Notes: generated by a model not told the origin, from the sequence alone. Positions 1-9,758 are shown, counted from the first letter of the stretch. The stretch: 64,000 bases of DNA from an uncultured Gemmatimonadales bacterium (GCA_963728915.1 CAVSLV010000001.1:224001-288000), one strand, 5' to 3'. A program made the numbers and translations.

Positions 1-143
1 GGGGTGCCCGGAAGAAGGAGGCCAGTCCTGGGAGGATGCGCGGGGCGAGGCCCGGGTTGCGAGCACGTCGGCTGGCATTATCCGGACCCGTTGTGCAATC
101 TTACGATCACTGGTTCCGTTCGTGCCACGTCATCTTGGGGGGC

Positions 144-497
144 ATGGGTTTGAGCTATATCCAGGGTACCGTGCAGGGACCTGCCGGCGAGCGGTCGGTC
201 CGCTTCCTGATCGACAGCGGGGCGGGCTATTCGCTGTTGCCCGAGGAGGTGTGGCGCGCCATCGGGCTCACCGCCAAGCGGGAAATGGAATTCGCGCTCG
301 CCGACGGCACCACGATCCGGCGATCAGTTTCCGAGTGCCACATCTCGTTGCCACAAGGCGAGGCACACACACCGGTGGTCCTCGGAGAGCCCGGGGACGC
401 CGAGCCCTTGCTGGGGGTCGTCACGCTCGAGATTCTCGGCTTGGTCTTCGATCCTTTCCACCGCACCCTCAACCCGATGCGCGCCCTGCTGGTCTGA
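144..497 (+). CDS. Clan AA (retropepsin-like) aspartic protease
   Basis: FLIDSGAGYSLLP catalytic motif, ALADG flap and PLLGVVTLE C-terminal motif; ATG at 144 gives about 117 aa. Confidence 0.85.
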   Translation: MGLSYIQGTVQGPAGERSVRFLIDSGAGYSLLPEEVWRAIGLTAKREMEFALADGTTIRRSVSECHISLPQGEAHTPVVLGEPGDAEPLLGVVTLEILGLVFDPFHRTLNPMRALLV

Positions 498-511
498 CGG
501 ATTCGACCCGT

Positions 512-3117
512 TCACCTCACCGCCTCCGGTAGTGCCGCGCGCCAGTTCTCGATCATCGTGAGCGTCGTCGCTCCGGCGGTTGATCGCTCGCGCAGCATCA
601 GGAGGTCACCGTTCGGGAAGAGGTCGAACGAAGCGCGAAATCCCTTGAGCCCGACGAGCGCCCGCCGCGATCCGGCCGTGAACGTCTGCCCGCCCTGGAC
701 CGGGACAGCATAAACGCTGTCGCCGGCGGTGAAGACGATCTCCCGGCCGCCGGTTCCCCAGCGGGGCACGCCGGTGGCACCGGGAGAGACGAGCCACCGC
801 TCGGAGCTCCCGGCGGCGCGCGGACGAACGTAGAGCCCGGCTGCTCCCGACTCGGTCGAGGCATAGGCCACCCACCGCCCGTCCGGCGAGACTTCACCGT
901 CGCCATTCGCGACGGTCTCGAGGTCCTGGGTGGGCGAAGCCGCGGACCGGGCGCGGAGCGACACCGCACCGCTCGCCAGATCGTTCGAAGAGTAGTAGAT
1001 GGTCGCGCCATCAGCCGAGAACCGCGGGCGGCCGGGCATCGTCCCGCTCGCGCTGATCCAAAGACGCTCCGGGACCGCGGCGGCCAGCGACACGCGGAAG
1101 ACACCGCCCGCGTTCAGCCCGAGGCTGTCGACGAGCAGGGCGTCGCCGAGCGGAGAAAACGACGGGCTCTCCCAGAATATTCCACGACCGCCTACGCGCA
1201 CCTCCGCCCTGGTCCGGAGATCGCGGACCTGAATCTCCCAACCCCCTTCGGTGGTCGCGGCAACCGCGACCTTCCTGCCATCGGGCGACACCGCGACGGA
1301 CTGGAACGGACCGCTCCAGGAGCGGTCGAGCGGCACGACGTTTCCGCCACGGCTGACCCGCATGAGGTCGTAGGACTCGCCGAGGGCGATGCCCTTCGTG
1401 ACCACGACCAGCCGGCCTCCGCGCGACACGGCGAACACTCCGTCGTTGGAGAGCGTTTCCGGATGGAGGCCCCGGACGACGGGCGTGACGGCCCCGGTCA
1501 TTCGCCCGGTTCGCGCATCGAAGGGCGCCACCACGATGGCGCCGTCCTGCTGGAGCACGAGCAGGGTGTCGGGAGCCGCGTAACGCGCGATCACGCCCGG
1601 CATGAGTACCGTGTGGCCGGTCGAAGCAGCGGCTGCAAACCCGATCCGTGAGGAATCCAACCCAAGGTTCGGAGTGAAGATGGTGAAGACGACCCCGCCG
1701 CCTGGAACCGGCCCCGGATAGAGGTGGAATGCCTCATGAGCAATGGTGTCGACGGTGGTGATCCTGCGCGGTGCTCCTCCCACGACCGGGACCTCGCCGA
1801 TCCCGTCGGGATCGGCGAGCAGGATGGCATTGGAGCCATTCCACGTCACAGGGCTGTAGATCAACATCTTGTCCACTACCTTCGCGGGCTCGCCGCCATT
1901 GACGGGCATGACCCACAAGCTGCCATCGCGGAGAAACGCCATCCGTCGCCCGTCCGGCGACAATGAAACCTCGAACGCCCCCGCGGTCCCGGGTATCGGC
2001 GCGAAGCCAGCCGCGTCCGCCCGCCGGGCGAGTACACCCAGGCGCTCCCTGGAGTACACCACGACCGCGCCGTCCTCCGAAATGTCCAGTCCGCTCCCCA
2101 CGGGCGCCGAGTCCGGGAGCGTCAGCGTGACCCGCCATGGGGAGGGCGCCAGTCGGTTCGACGGCCGCAGCCAACCCGAGGCTGCGGCCCCGAGTGCGAG
2201 CACGGTGACGGCCGCGAGCCCCGCGATCCGGCGATCCGGGCGGCGTGTCGAGGCCCCGGCAGTGCGCCCCATCGTCGTGGTGAAGCTCGGGTCGCCGAGC
2301 GCTGTCGCGAACTCGCGCGCCGAGGCGAAGCGATCCGCCGGGAGCTTTCGAGCGCCTTGTCGAGCGCGCCGCGACGTGCGGGGGGACCGACTTCCGGAGC
2401 TCGGTCACCAGCTTCACCGGCTCGGCGATGATCTTCATGATGATCTGCTGCGCGGACGTCCCCATGTGCGGCGGGTTCGCCGGTGAGCATCTCGTAGAGC
2501 ACGCTCGCGAGCGAGTAGATGTCGCTCCGCGCGGTGATCTGCTTGTCGGCCGTGGCCTGCTCGGGGCTCATGTAGTGCGGCGTGCCGAGCGAGAGGCCCG
2601 TCTCGGTCATCCGCCCACCGGCGGCCGCCGACACCGCGAGCGCGATGCCGAAGTCCATCACCATCGGCCGCCCGTCGTGCAGCAGGATGTTCTCGGGCTT
2701 GATGTCGCGGTGGATCACCCCGTGGCGGTGGGCGTAGTCCAGGGCGTCGGCCACCTCGGTGGTGATCCGCACGGCCTCGTCGATGCCGAACTGGGTCTCC
2801 CGGGTGAGCTTTTCCCGGATGGTCTCGCCCTCGAGGTACGGCATGACGTAGTAGAGGAAGCCGGCGGCCTCCCCCGAGTCGAACAGGGGGAGAATGTTGG
2901 GGTGGCTCAGCGCCGCGGTGGTCTTGATTTCCTGGACGAACCGCTCGGCGCCTAACACGGCTGCCAATTCCGGCTTCAGGACCTTGATGGCGACTTTGCG
3001 GTCGTGCTTGAGGTCCGCGGCGAGATACACCGTGGCCATGCCGCCTGAGCCGAGCTCCCGCTCGATGCGGTAGCGATCCGCGAGGGCGGCCGAGAGACGT
3101 TCGCTCGCGCTGCTCAC
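512..3117 (-). pseudogene. Hanks Ser/Thr kinase with TM segment and TolB/PD40-like beta-propeller, interrupted by three 1-bp indels (pseudogene or consensus errors)
   Basis: GSGGMATVY, HRDIKPEN, DFG and GTPHYMSPE motifs. Reading across indels at about 2474 (+1), 2368 (-1) and 2347 (-1) restores GEPPHMGTSAQQIIMKI...VAAALDKALEKLPADRFASAREF and joins ORF 512..2272 (repeated SPDGR motifs). GTG 3117 overlaps the upstream TGA. Confidence 0.85.
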
Positions 3118-3635
3118 GGTGGACATGCCTCGTCGACGGCCCGCTTGAACGATGCGGGATCGATGGCAGGGAATCGAAACAGCTCCGGTTCGATTTGAGT
3201 GAACATGCGGCGGACAGCGCCAGCGCTGATGAGCCCGCGCTCCATCATCGCCTGCACGTCGGCGAGGTCCCGGGTATGCCCGCGCTCGATCTTGGCCATC
3301 GCCTGCGCCACGAAATCGTAGTGGTGCACCGTCACGCGCCCGAGACGCTCGATCACGGGGCTTCGCTCCTCCCAACCGGGAGGAACCGGGATGAACTGAT
3401 CCGGCGACGCGAGCTCCACATTGATGCGGAGCCGCTCCTTGAGCGCCGGAATGGCCCGGAGCATCGCCTCTGATTCGGGGCGGAATACCAGATCCACATC
3501 GACGGTCGTGTCACGCCACCCCACGAGCACGGCCGACGATCCGCCGACCAGGAACAGGTGGGTGTCGGTTTCGGCCTCGCGGGTGAGCGCCTCGAGGAAC
3601 GCCCGGATACGTTTTCGGTCGGCTACCTCGCGCAC
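3114..3635 (-). CDS. DUF6036-like nucleotidyltransferase (DNA pol beta superfamily, AbiEii/MenT-like)
   Basis: LVGGSSAV...RDTTVDVDL (GG + DxD) and C-terminal KIERGHTRDLAD motifs. Confidence 0.75.
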   Translation of the reverse strand: MREVADRKRIRAFLEALTREAETDTHLFLVGGSSAVLVGWRDTTVDVDLVFRPESEAMLRAIPALKERLRINVELASPDQFIPVPPGWEERSPVIERLGRVTVHHYDFVAQAMAKIERGHTRDLADVQAMMERGLISAGAVRRMFTQIEPELFRFPAIDPASFKRAVDEACPP

Positions 3636-3895
3636 GCCGCAGCCCGCTGAAAGCTCACCAGCCGCCGCACCAGGGCATTGTACCTGGCATGCGCGCCGTC
3701 CCCATACTGCGTCGCAAGAAGGCGATAGAGCCGCAATTCGGGGTCTCCGAATGGCGCCGGCACCGTGAAGCCGATGGCGCGGAGCTTTGGCGCGCTCATG
3801 GAGACGAGAAGCGCCTCCGCCGTCTCCGCCCGCGCCGCGAGATCGCGAATGCCTTGCTCGACGAGGTCGGCGCCCGGCAATGCCGTCATGGTCAT
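3623..3895 (-). CDS. Small hypothetical protein, partner of the nucleotidyltransferase (candidate antitoxin)
   Basis: 90-aa ORF overlapping the NTase start by 13 nt; TAGACT -10-like box 6 nt upstream of the ATG. Confidence 0.7.
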   Translation of the reverse strand: MTMTALPGADLVEQGIRDLAARAETAEALLVSMSAPKLRAIGFTVPAPFGDPELRLYRLLATQYGDGAHARYNALVRRLVSFQRAAACAR

Positions 3896-3901
3896 GTCCA
3901 G

Positions 3902-3907
3902 AGTCTA
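3902..3907 (-). promoter_or_regulatory. -10 element (TAGACT) of a probable leaderless transcript
   Basis: TAnnnT hexamer 6 nt before ATG 3895; no Shine-Dalgarno. Confidence 0.5.
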
Positions 3908-3938
3908 CGGCCGACCGGCGCCGAAGGGTACCTTGGGA

Positions 3939-4357
3939 TCATCCTACCGCGGTGAAGCCTTCCCGCCGCGCCGCCGCGGCCAGCCGTTCATCGAAGGTGT
4001 ACAGGGTACCGGCCGGCGCGGGGCCGCTCCAGGTGATGGCGGCCGCGAGCTGGAGCGCATCGGCCGCGCGCAAGGAATGGAGCCGGAGCAGGCGGAGCGC
4101 CTGCTCCCGGATGCCCGGCCCCGGCTGCACTTCGAACCAGCTTGCCTGGAGCGTCGCGAGCAGGTCCCGCGCCTGGGCCTCTTCGCGATCGGTCAGATGA
4201 CGCTCGCGATGCAAGCGGGCAATGGCGGAGGCGCATTCCACCGCGGATCCCCACCAGACGACCTGCTCGGCGTCCTGTTCCAGCCAGCGCAGGGCGGCCT
4301 CAGTCCAGGCTGCCCGAGACACAGCGGGACCAGGGCGGAGGAGTCCCAGAACCTCAC
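3939..4357 (-). pseudogene. vapC: PIN-domain VapC toxin with a -1 frameshift near 4308
   Basis: GTG 4357 (overlapping antitoxin TGA) reads MRFWDSSALVPLC. The rest (VECASAIAR...LRAADALQLAAA...TFDERLAAAARREGF) is in another frame; 419 nt is one base short of a multiple of 3. Confidence 0.85.
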
Positions 4358-4644
4358 CGGCCCTCGGCGCGTTCCTTGAGCAGCGCCGCGAGCGAGCGTC
4401 CTTTCGCGTCGGCGGGGCGCCGGGCCTTCCGGAAGTTTCTGGGCAGCGGGGATCGGGGCAGCTGGAGCTGGCCGGTTCGCACCAGCAGCTCGCGCCGGCT
4501 GTCCTCCTGGGCCTCGCCCCCGACCGGCACCAGCCGAGCGATGACCCGGCCTCGATCGGTCACCAGCACCTCGTCGCCGGCGCGGACCAGGTCGAGGAAG
4601 GCGCTGAGGCGGGCCTTGAGCTCGCTGATGGAGGTGGTCGTCAT
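4354..4644 (-). CDS. Phd/YefM family antitoxin
   Basis: ISELKARLSAFLDLVRAGDEVLVTDRGRVIARLVP signature; directly upstream of the PIN toxin. Confidence 0.9.
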   Translation of the reverse strand: MTTTSISELKARLSAFLDLVRAGDEVLVTDRGRVIARLVPVGGEAQEDSRRELLVRTGQLQLPRSPLPRNFRKARRPADAKGRSLAALLKERAEGR

Positions 4645-4645
4645 G

Positions 4646-4660
4646 TGACTAGTATAGTCA
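4646..4660 (-). promoter_or_regulatory. TA operator inverted repeat overlapping the -10 box (TATACT) of a leaderless promoter
   Basis: TGACTA-GTA-TAGTCA inverted repeat; minus-strand TATACT (4651-4656) lies 6 nt before ATG 4644. Confidence 0.65.
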
Positions 4661-4701
4661 TAATTATATGTCCCTACAAGTCACGGCCATCCGGGTGGTC
4701 G

Positions 4702-5868
4702 TCACGGCGCTCGCGGCAGCACCGTATACAGCGACTGCATGCCCATGCGGAGATGGTCCGACACGTGGCAGTGGAACAGCCAGGTGCCGGGATCGTCCGG
4801 CACCATGTCGGCGGTCACCATCTCCATCGAGGTGAGGCTCGTCACGTCGCTGCGCATGTTGTGGATCGTCACCACATTGCCGTGCCAGTGCGGGGCGTGG
4901 AACTCGAAGTCGGTGCTCGCCATCAGGTACCAGCGGACCCGTTCACCCACATGCATGGTGAGGCCCGGCAGGTTGCCGTAGGAAAACCCGTTCATGGTCT
5001 CCCGAAATGAGCTCTCGGTCGCGGGGCCGTGGATGAGGACGCCGAACAGCGTGTCGGTTGCTACCGCAGACGGCTGGCCCGGCCGGGACGGCAGCGGCTG
5101 GGCGTACTTCGCGTAGTTCTGATCGAAGTAGGGGCTGCTGTTCTCGTCGACCTCCAGGAAGGCGACCACGAGCTCCCGGTCCACATCATTCGGCGTGCCG
5201 TCAGCGCGACTCGCCCCGCGCGCCGTGATGATCATCGGCCCTACCAGGCCGGCGGCCATGTCGGCCTGATCGTCTACATGCGAGTGGTACATCCAGAACG
5301 CGGAGGAGCCTTCATGCGGAGCCGGGCCGGCACGCTCCGGCACGAGCCAGGTGTACACATGGGTCCCGCCGGTCGGCACCCCGTCGTCCGCCTTGTCGGC
5401 GCCCGAGGTGCTGTCGCTGTACGGTGCGCCCTCGGAGTCCTTGGTGTAGAACACGCCATGGGGATGGACGCTCGCGGGAAAGCTGGCGTTGTTCCGGAAG
5501 ACCACCCGGATGGTGTCACCCACGCCGGCACGGATCAGCGGACCCAGCATGCCCAGGTGCTCCCACTCCGGTGGCCGCGGCTTGATGGTCTGGAAGGTGG
5601 AGTCGGTGTATTCGCGGTAGATGGCCTTGTGCCAGACCCGGCCGACCCGACCGGGTGCCGGTTCCATGTAGTGCGCCGAGATCCCGCGGAACGGCGCCCC
5701 GGTGATCAGGTCGCGGCCGCTCGGCGCGTAGTCCCAGTCCACTTCGTCGGCGGCGATGTAGTAGATCCGGGTGCCCGGCGCCCGGCCGCCGCCACCCGCT
5801 CCGCAGGCGGCGAGCAGAATCAACGCACAGACGCACTTCAAGGAGGTCACTCTGGCGGCCACGGTCAC
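4702..5868 (-). CDS. Two-domain multicopper oxidase, ceruloplasmin/hephaestin-like, predicted lipoprotein
   Basis: YYIAADEVDWDYAP, HPHG, WMYHSH, HAPHWHG and WLFHCHVSDHLRMGM motifs; lipobox LLAAC. Confidence 0.85.
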   Translation of the reverse strand: MTVAARVTSLKCVCALILLAACGAGGGGRAPGTRIYYIAADEVDWDYAPSGRDLITGAPFRGISAHYMEPAPGRVGRVWHKAIYREYTDSTFQTIKPRPPEWEHLGMLGPLIRAGVGDTIRVVFRNNASFPASVHPHGVFYTKDSEGAPYSDSTSGADKADDGVPTGGTHVYTWLVPERAGPAPHEGSSAFWMYHSHVDDQADMAAGLVGPMIITARGASRADGTPNDVDRELVVAFLEVDENSSPYFDQNYAKYAQPLPSRPGQPSAVATDTLFGVLIHGPATESSFRETMNGFSYGNLPGLTMHVGERVRWYLMASTDFEFHAPHWHGNVVTIHNMRSDVTSLTSMEMVTADMVPDDPGTWLFHCHVSDHLRMGMQSLYTVLPRAP

Positions 5869-5911
5869 GAAGCACCTCGCGTGGTAGTTGGGAATCCTTC
5901 GCTCGCGCCGG

Positions 5912-8167
5912 TCACGTCCGCTTCGCTTCCCAGGCGACCACCGCTTCCCAGCGCGGCCGCACCTCGTCGAGCAGGCGCTTGAACTCGTCGGTGCGGCGCA
6001 GCTCGTCCAGGAAGGGATCGTGCCTGGCGAGGAAGGGAAAGTTGATGAACCCGCGCGCGACGCTCAGTCGGGCGCACCGCAGTGCGTCGTCCATCAACCC
6101 GACCAGGGCATACGCCTCGGCGGCATGGAGCGCGGCAAACTCATTCCCCATCGCCGCCTCGAGCGCTGGCCTGGCCACCGCCATCACCCCGGCCCGGTCC
6201 CGGCGCAGCCCGGCCAGCAGGTGAGCGGCCGACAGCCCAAGCGCGGTCTCCCGCAAACCGGTGGCAACCCCTTCGAGCATGACCATCCCCTCGTCCACCA
6301 GGCCGGCGGCCGCGATCTGGGCGCCCGCGATGAACGGCACCATCGAGTAGGGGGACGCGAGGGACACCGCCCGCTGGGCGGCTGCCGGGACCTCACCAAA
6401 CGCCCCCCGGCACCAGTGGTAGGTGCACATCACCAGCGGGGGAATCGCGGAGAGGGGATCGAGCAGCACGGTACGCTCGGCGAGTGGTCCGTGCGCCTGC
6501 AGACCGGAGGTGTTCGAGAAGCGGCAGAGCTCGGTGAGAATATTCATGTCACCGGGCCAGAGCGCGTGCGCCCGGTACAGGTGCGGAAGGGCTTCTTCGG
6601 GATGCCCGCGATTCCCGGTCACCAATCCATACACGAAGATGGCGAGGGGATGATCCGGCTCGCGCGCGAGCGCCCGGTCCGCGAGCTCCAGGGCCCTCGG
6701 CAACATGACGTCCGCCGGGGCGAGGTTCATGTTGACGAGGTTCCAGCACAGCTGAGCTTTCGTCGCGAGCAACAGCGGCAGTTCGCCGACCATCCCGATC
6801 GCTTCATCCACCAGCCGCTCGGCGCGCGTGGCGGCCTCTGGGGTCCAGACGTACATGTCCTGCCGGGCGCGCAGGTAGCAATCATAGGCGACCGGGTTCT
6901 CGATCGGCCGCTCCGCAACCTGCCGCGATTCGCGTTCGGTGAGCGTCATCTTGAGCGCGGCCACGATCTTCCGGGCGATCTCCTCCTGGATGGCGAAGAC
7001 ATCGTCCATCGTCCCAGAAAACTTCTCGCTCCACAAGGGAGCGTCGGAGCGTGCCTCCACCAGCTCGGCGGTCACTCGCAGCGCGTTGCCCGCGCGGCGC
7101 ACCGAACCAGTGACCAGATGACTTACTCCCAGCTCGCGCGCGATGGTCGGGGTATCCTTGTTCGTCCCCTTGAGCGCCATAGCCGAGTTCCGCGAAATGA
7201 CCCGGAGCGCGCCGATCTTGGACAGATCGGCAATGACTTCCTCGGTCAGGCCGTCGCTGAAGAACTCGTTCTCGGGGTCGGGACTCCGGTTGACAAAGGG
7301 AAGCACCACCAGCGTAACTGGTTCCTCCGCTCCGGCCGGAGCTTTGGTGGTGAGCAACGCCGCGAACGCCCCGGCGCTCGCGGGCCGGTCGGCCGGGGCC
7401 TTGTTCAGGGCCTTGGCCACCGCGGCGGCCACCGCCGCGCTCAGGTTGCGACGAACGGTGGTGATCGGGGGAGCGTTGTCGGTGACGTGGCGAGCGATGA
7501 CCGCGGCCGCGCTGGAGGCGACGAAGGGCGGATCGCCGGCCAGGAGCTCGTAGGTGAGGCAACCCAGCGCGTAGACATCGCTCCTTGCATCCAGCTCCCG
7601 CTCGCCCACCGCCTGCTCCGGGCTCATGTAGGCCGGGGTGCCGAGGGAGAGGCCGGTCTGGGTGAGGCGATCGCCGCCCGCGGTGGTCACCGCCACAGCG
7701 ATCCCGAAGTCCGCCACCAGTGCCACGCCGTCCTGGAGCAGGATGTTCTCGGGTTTGATGTCCCGGTGAATAACCCCGCGCTGATGGGCGAAATCGAGTG
7801 CCCCGGAAACGGCCCGCACGATGGTCAGGGCGTCCTCGACCCCAAGTTGACGCTCCCGGACCAGCTTGTCGCGCAGGGTCTCCCCTTCCACGAACGGCAT
7901 GACGTAGTAGAGGAACCCGTCGGCCTTGCCAGAATCGAACAGTGGGAGGATGTGGGGATGCTGGAGCTGGGCGGTGGTCTTGATCTCCTGGAGGAACCGC
8001 TCCGCCCCTAACACGGCCGCCAGCTCGGGCTTCAGGACCTTGATCGCAACCTGGCGGTCATGCTTCAGGTCCTGGGCGAGGTAGACCGTGGCCATGCCGC
8101 CCTCACCGAGCTCCCGCGTGATGCGGTAGCGATCCGCCAGGGCGTCGGCGAGGCGGTCCGTGGTCAC
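5912..8167 (-). CDS. Hanks Ser/Thr kinase with TolB-N-like (adenylate cyclase-associated) domain and TPR repeats
   Basis: Intact kinase motifs; VVLPFVNRSPDPENEFFSDGLTEEVI domain; helical C-terminus. Confidence 0.9.
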   Translation of the reverse strand: MTTDRLADALADRYRITRELGEGGMATVYLAQDLKHDRQVAIKVLKPELAAVLGAERFLQEIKTTAQLQHPHILPLFDSGKADGFLYYVMPFVEGETLRDKLVRERQLGVEDALTIVRAVSGALDFAHQRGVIHRDIKPENILLQDGVALVADFGIAVAVTTAGGDRLTQTGLSLGTPAYMSPEQAVGERELDARSDVYALGCLTYELLAGDPPFVASSAAAVIARHVTDNAPPITTVRRNLSAAVAAAVAKALNKAPADRPASAGAFAALLTTKAPAGAEEPVTLVVLPFVNRSPDPENEFFSDGLTEEVIADLSKIGALRVISRNSAMALKGTNKDTPTIARELGVSHLVTGSVRRAGNALRVTAELVEARSDAPLWSEKFSGTMDDVFAIQEEIARKIVAALKMTLTERESRQVAERPIENPVAYDCYLRARQDMYVWTPEAATRAERLVDEAIGMVGELPLLLATKAQLCWNLVNMNLAPADVMLPRALELADRALAREPDHPLAIFVYGLVTGNRGHPEEALPHLYRAHALWPGDMNILTELCRFSNTSGLQAHGPLAERTVLLDPLSAIPPLVMCTYHWCRGAFGEVPAAAQRAVSLASPYSMVPFIAGAQIAAAGLVDEGMVMLEGVATGLRETALGLSAAHLLAGLRRDRAGVMAVARPALEAAMGNEFAALHAAEAYALVGLMDDALRCARLSVARGFINFPFLARHDPFLDELRRTDEFKRLLDEVRPRWEAVVAWEAKRT

Positions 8168-9531
8168 ACCGCCTGGAGCACGTCGTAGCCGGTCAGCACG
8201 TAGGTCTTGTCGGCCGGGAAATCCCGCACCAGCACCGCGGGATTCTGCGGGGTGATCATCGGCGCGAGCAGGGCCACCGGCGTCTCGATGTCCACGAACG
8301 GAAAGGCCTGCTGCATGATGGTGCCCACCTCGGCATCCCGGACCTTGGGGTCCTTGACCATCTGTTCGTAGGCATGGGACTCGCTGAGCGAGCCCACGAT
8401 CCGGTTGGCGTGGGTGATCGGGATCTGGGAGAAATCATTCTCGATCATCCGCTGGATGGCCTGGCGCACGCTGGCGGTACGATCCACTCCGACAATGTCG
8501 GCCACCTTCTTGTTCCGCACCAGTGCCCGCGCGGTCGGACCCGGCACATTCTCATAGCCCATCCGCCGCATCCAGTCGGGGTTGAAGATCTTGCCGAGAT
8601 ACCGGGTGCCGTGATCGTGGAAGATGACCACGACCGTCTCGCCTTGTCTGAAGCGATCTTTCAACTGGTGCAGCCCGGCGATGGCCGAACCCGCCGAGTA
8701 GCCCGCCCAGATCGCTTCCTGCCGAACCAGCTCGCGGCAGGTCATCGCGGCGTCGCGGTCGGTCACCTTCTCGAAGTGATCGATGACGCTCAGGTCCACG
8801 TTCTTCGGCAGGAAATCCTCGCCGATGCCCTCCGTGACATAGGGGTAGATCTCGTGCTTGTCGAGGATCCCGGTTTCCTTGAGCTTCTTGAAGATCGAGC
8901 CGTAGGTGTCGATGCCCCAGACCCGGAGCTTCGGGTTCTGCTCCTTGAGACACCGGCCCGCCCCGCAGATGGTGCCGCCGGTCCCGACCCCCGCGACCAG
9001 ATGGTCAACTCTCCCGGCGGTCTGTTCCCAGATCTCCGGGCCGGTGGTGGCGTAGTGCGCTTCCGAGTTGCTCAGGTTGTCGTACTGGTCGGCCTTCCAG
9101 GAGTTGGGCGTCTCCGCGACCAGTCGCGAAGAGACCGAGTAATAGGAGCGGGGATCTTCCGGGTCCACGTCGGTGGGACATACGATGACCTCGGCCCCGA
9201 AGGCGCGAAGCGCATCGACCTTTTCTTTCGATTGCTTGTCGGTGGTGGTGAAGATGCAGCGGTATCCCTTGACGATCGCGGCGATCGCGAGTCCCATGCC
9301 GGTATTGCCCGAGGTCCCCTCGATGATCGTTCCGCCGGGCTTGAGCAGGCCTTTCCGCTCGGCGTCTTCGATCATCCGGATCGCCATGCGGTCCTTGATG
9401 CTGTGCCCGGGATTGAACGTCTCGACCTTGGCGTAGACCGCGGCGGGAATCTCCCGGACGATCCGATGGAGCTTGACCAGCGGGGTATTCCCGATCGTTC
9501 CGAGAATCGTGTCGTATACGTTCCGGGGCAC
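8164..9531 (-). CDS. cbs: Cystathionine beta-synthase (PLP-dependent) with C-terminal CBS pair
   Basis: IGNTPLV, NPGHSIKDR, TSGNTG, GVGTGGT and EGIG motifs plus CBS domain; start placed at GTG 9531. Confidence 0.9.
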   Translation of the reverse strand: MPRNVYDTILGTIGNTPLVKLHRIVREIPAAVYAKVETFNPGHSIKDRMAIRMIEDAERKGLLKPGGTIIEGTSGNTGMGLAIAAIVKGYRCIFTTTDKQSKEKVDALRAFGAEVIVCPTDVDPEDPRSYYSVSSRLVAETPNSWKADQYDNLSNSEAHYATTGPEIWEQTAGRVDHLVAGVGTGGTICGAGRCLKEQNPKLRVWGIDTYGSIFKKLKETGILDKHEIYPYVTEGIGEDFLPKNVDLSVIDHFEKVTDRDAAMTCRELVRQEAIWAGYSAGSAIAGLHQLKDRFRQGETVVVIFHDHGTRYLGKIFNPDWMRRMGYENVPGPTARALVRNKKVADIVGVDRTASVRQAIQRMIENDFSQIPITHANRIVGSLSESHAYEQMVKDPKVRDAEVGTIMQQAFPFVDIETPVALLAPMITPQNPAVLVRDFPADKTYVLTGYDVLQAV

Positions 9532-9690
9532 CGGGCTTACACCAGCGCGCGAGGGTCGATTGACCCGGCGGGGAGCCTGGACAGAACTATCCGCGTCGGG
9601 TCGTCCGGTCTGGTCGTCATGAGGGTTGGGAAGAGATGAGGGGAGTGTACCGCTACGATGGTCCGGAATCCACCCCGGGGTCCCGGCACT

Positions 9691-9714
9691 CGAGGTCACC
9701 GATCGGTGACCTCG
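9691..9714. repeat. Perfect 24-bp palindrome
   Basis: CGAGGTCACCGATCGGTGACCTCG equals its own reverse complement. Confidence 0.9.
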
Positions 9715-9730
9715 GCGGGCGCGATCCAGA

Positions 9731-9758
9731 GGCGCCCTCGTGACGACTCGAGGACGCC
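9731..9758 (-). terminator. Hairpin downstream of the DUF3341-like gene, possible terminator
   Basis: Minus strand GGCGTCCTCG-loop-CGAGGGCGCC; weak U tail. Confidence 0.35.

Noticed and set aside
2340..2480. Programmed ribosomal frameshift in the kinase gene
   Set aside because: Three separate indels, no slippery heptamer, and the paralogues are uninterrupted.
5888..8011. Long antisense or alternate-frame ORFs (e.g. 5888..8011, 10172..12286, 33257..35245, 36286..38472, 39295..41475)
   Set aside because: Stop-poor shadow frames expected at high GC; each overlaps a gene with clear family motifs.
2951..8015. CCTAAC sites in the kinase genes as attC R'' boxes
   Set aside because: They lie inside coding sequence (AVLG) with no partner arm; treated as copies of the dispersed motif.
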